Of a stretch of DNA of 64,000 nt, positions 62,952 to 64,000 are shown piece after piece. Both the position numbers and the translations under genes were made by a program. Positions within the stretch are counted from its first letter, which is position 1. Each line of letters opens with the position of its first letter. The notes below the pieces were generated by a model. That model searched no databases and was not told where the DNA came from. It saw nothing but the letters and a program-made list of their open reading frames with translations. This DNA is from Solirubrobacteraceae bacterium (GTDB lineage: Bacteria > Actinomycetota > Thermoleophilia > Solirubrobacterales > Solirubrobacteraceae). The stretch is taken from NCBI GenBank assembly GCA_040399005.1, contig JBBATA010000001.1, positions 22,199 to 86,198 on the forward strand. The letters run 5' to 3'.

Positions 62952-64000
62952 CGGCGACGCGCGCCTTGCCGTCATCGACCTCGGGTCGAACTCCTTCCGG
63001 TTGGTCGTCTTCGAATCGCACTCCGGTGCCAGCGGGCGCGGACGGCTGTGGTGGCGAAGCGCCGACGAGTCCGAGGCCCCGCTCGGAGCGTGGTGGAAGC
63101 GCACCGACGAGATCTACGAGCCGGTCCGGATCGTCGCCGGGGCCGGGAAGGACGGCTCGCTGAGCGAGGAGTCGATCGAGCGGGCGCTCCGGACGATCGA
63201 TGTCTTCGCCCACTTCTGCCAGGCGAGCGAGCTCGGCCCCGAAGAGCGAGTGGCGGTCGCCACCAGCGCGATTCGGGAAGCGCCCAACGCCAATGAGCTG
63301 ATCGACCGGGCCCGGGAGCAGAGCGGCCTGGAGATCCGCGTGCTCAGCGGCGAGGAGGAGGCCCGCTACGGATACCTGGCCGCCGTCAACTCGACCAGCC
63401 TGCGGGACGGCGCCGTGCTCGAGCTCGGCGGCGGCTCGGCGCAGCTGGTGAAGGTCGACGACTGGGCCGCGACCGCCTACGACTCATGGCGGCTCGGGGC
63501 CGTCCGGATGACCGAGAAGTTCCTCGACGGCGACGGGCCGGCAACGCCAAAGCAGCTGGCGCGGCTGCGCAAGCACGTCGCCTCCCGGCTCGAGGAGGCC
63601 AGCTGGCTAGGCGAGGCCGAAGGCGAGCTGGTCGGGGTCGGCGGAGCGATCCGCAACCTCGCCGCTGCCGCCCAGCACCTCGAGGGCAAGCCCGAGTTCG
63701 GGGTGCAGGGGTTCAACCTGAGGCGCCGCACGCTCGACGAGCTGGTCGAGCGCCTGGCCGCGATGCCGGTCTCCGCGCGCCGGGAGATGCCGGGGATCAA
63801 GCCGGCCCGCGGCGACATCATCCTTGCCGGCGCGATCGTCGTCGAGCAGGTGCTGGAGGCGAGCGGCTTCAAGAAGGTCCGCGTCACCGAGGCCGGGCTG
63901 CGGGAGGGCGTATTCCTCGAGCGGCTCCTCTCCGAGCGGCCCGAGCCGCTCTTCGAGGACGTGCGGGCGGCCAGCGTGATCAACCTCGCCTCCCAGTACG
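62941..64000 (+). CDS. Ppx/GppA-family phosphatase (partial, continues past the window end)
   Basis: Not in the ORF track because it has no stop in the window. My hand translation from the GTG at 62941 is open to 64000 and reads 'LAVIDLGSNSFRLVVFE ... VATSAIREAPN ... ELGGGSAQL ... GVGGAIRNLA'. Confidence 0.7.
   Translation, partial: MPTDGDARLAVIDLGSNSFRLVVFESHSGASGRGRLWWRSADESEAPLGAWWKRTDEIYEPVRIVAGAGKDGSLSEESIERALRTIDVFAHFCQASELGPEERVAVATSAIREAPNANELIDRAREQSGLEIRVLSGEEEARYGYLAAVNSTSLRDGAVLELGGGSAQLVKVDDWAATAYDSWRLGAVRMTEKFLDGDGPATPKQLARLRKHVASRLEEASWLGEAEGELVGVGGAIRNLAAAAQHLEGKPEFGVQGFNLRRRTLDELVERLAAMPVSARREMPGIKPARGDIILAGAIVVEQVLEASGFKKVRVTEAGLREGVFLERLLSERPEPLFEDVRAASVINLASQY

Noticed and set aside
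1-64000. CRISPR arrays, transposons/IS elements, prophage, restriction-modification or other known defence modules.
   Set aside because: I saw no regularly spaced repeats, no transposase/integrase/Cas/methyltransferase-endonuclease signatures, and no intergenic gap large enough to hide an array. The largest gap is about 247 nt. I cannot exclude short dispersed repeats without a computational repeat search.

Overview
The window is a very GC-rich, gene-dense stretch that reads like chromosomal, mostly metabolic DNA from a high-GC Gram-positive (Actinomycetota-like) organism. I cannot name the taxon from sequence alone, and GC content was judged by eye, not computed. I support about 69 protein-coding genes, the last one running off the 3' end, plus two tRNA-Ser genes with anticodons CGA and GGA. 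I see no rRNA, CRISPR array, transposase, integrase, prophage gene, or recognisable restriction or defence module. Many long ORFs in the six-frame track are Arg/Pro/Gly-rich mirror-frame artefacts of real genes and were discarded.

Genes are packed into translationally coupled operons with 1-4 nt start/stop overlaps. Several divergent gene pairs are only 22-50 nt apart, which suggests frequent leaderless transcripts.

Recognisable content:
- S8 protease, tadA, and a tight co-directional array of SbtA-like permease, purK, purE, fabI, a 127-aa orphan ORF and terC.
- TetR/P450 pair, a MalT/LAL-type LuxR regulator, and an unknown secreted 455-aa protein.
- A methyl-branched acyl-CoA (Atu/Liu-like) cluster: racemase-like CoA-transferase, biotin carboxylase alpha and beta subunits, enoyl-CoA hydratase, AtuA-like protein.
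- An ArsR-DUF2892-MMPL-OsmC operon and an AI-2E transporter.
- A ThiY/NMT1-type ABC importer joined to a P-loop kinase and a divergent dihydropteroate-synthase paralog.
- A flavin reductase coupled to an EgtD-like methyltransferase, then SDR, msrA, BI-1, DedA, a FUSC protein and two M29 aminopeptidases.
- A thioesterase-NUDIX-SixA operon opposite an APH-like kinase and HAD phosphatase.
- An agmatinase / CN-hydrolase / aldehyde dehydrogenase locus with a LacI regulator.
- Cyclophilin, DEAD-box helicase, a Zn-ribbon/discoidin membrane protein, quinone oxidoreductase, PfkB kinase, dcd, citrate synthase, metF, three MBL-fold hydrolases, pyruvate kinase, a glyoxalase pair and a partial Ppx/GppA.

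I found no unambiguous new system. The candidates most worth follow-up, all hypotheses from gene context:
1. The importer-kinase-FolP-paralog operon (27526-30051).
2. The SbtA-family bicarbonate permease fused into a purK-purE operon.
3. The ArsR-DUF2892-MMPL-OsmC operon with a clear operator.
4. The LAL regulator with its downstream two-lobed secreted protein.
5. The APH-like kinase and HAD pair that lacks a dehydrogenase partner.
6. The SnoaL-MBL fusion operon.
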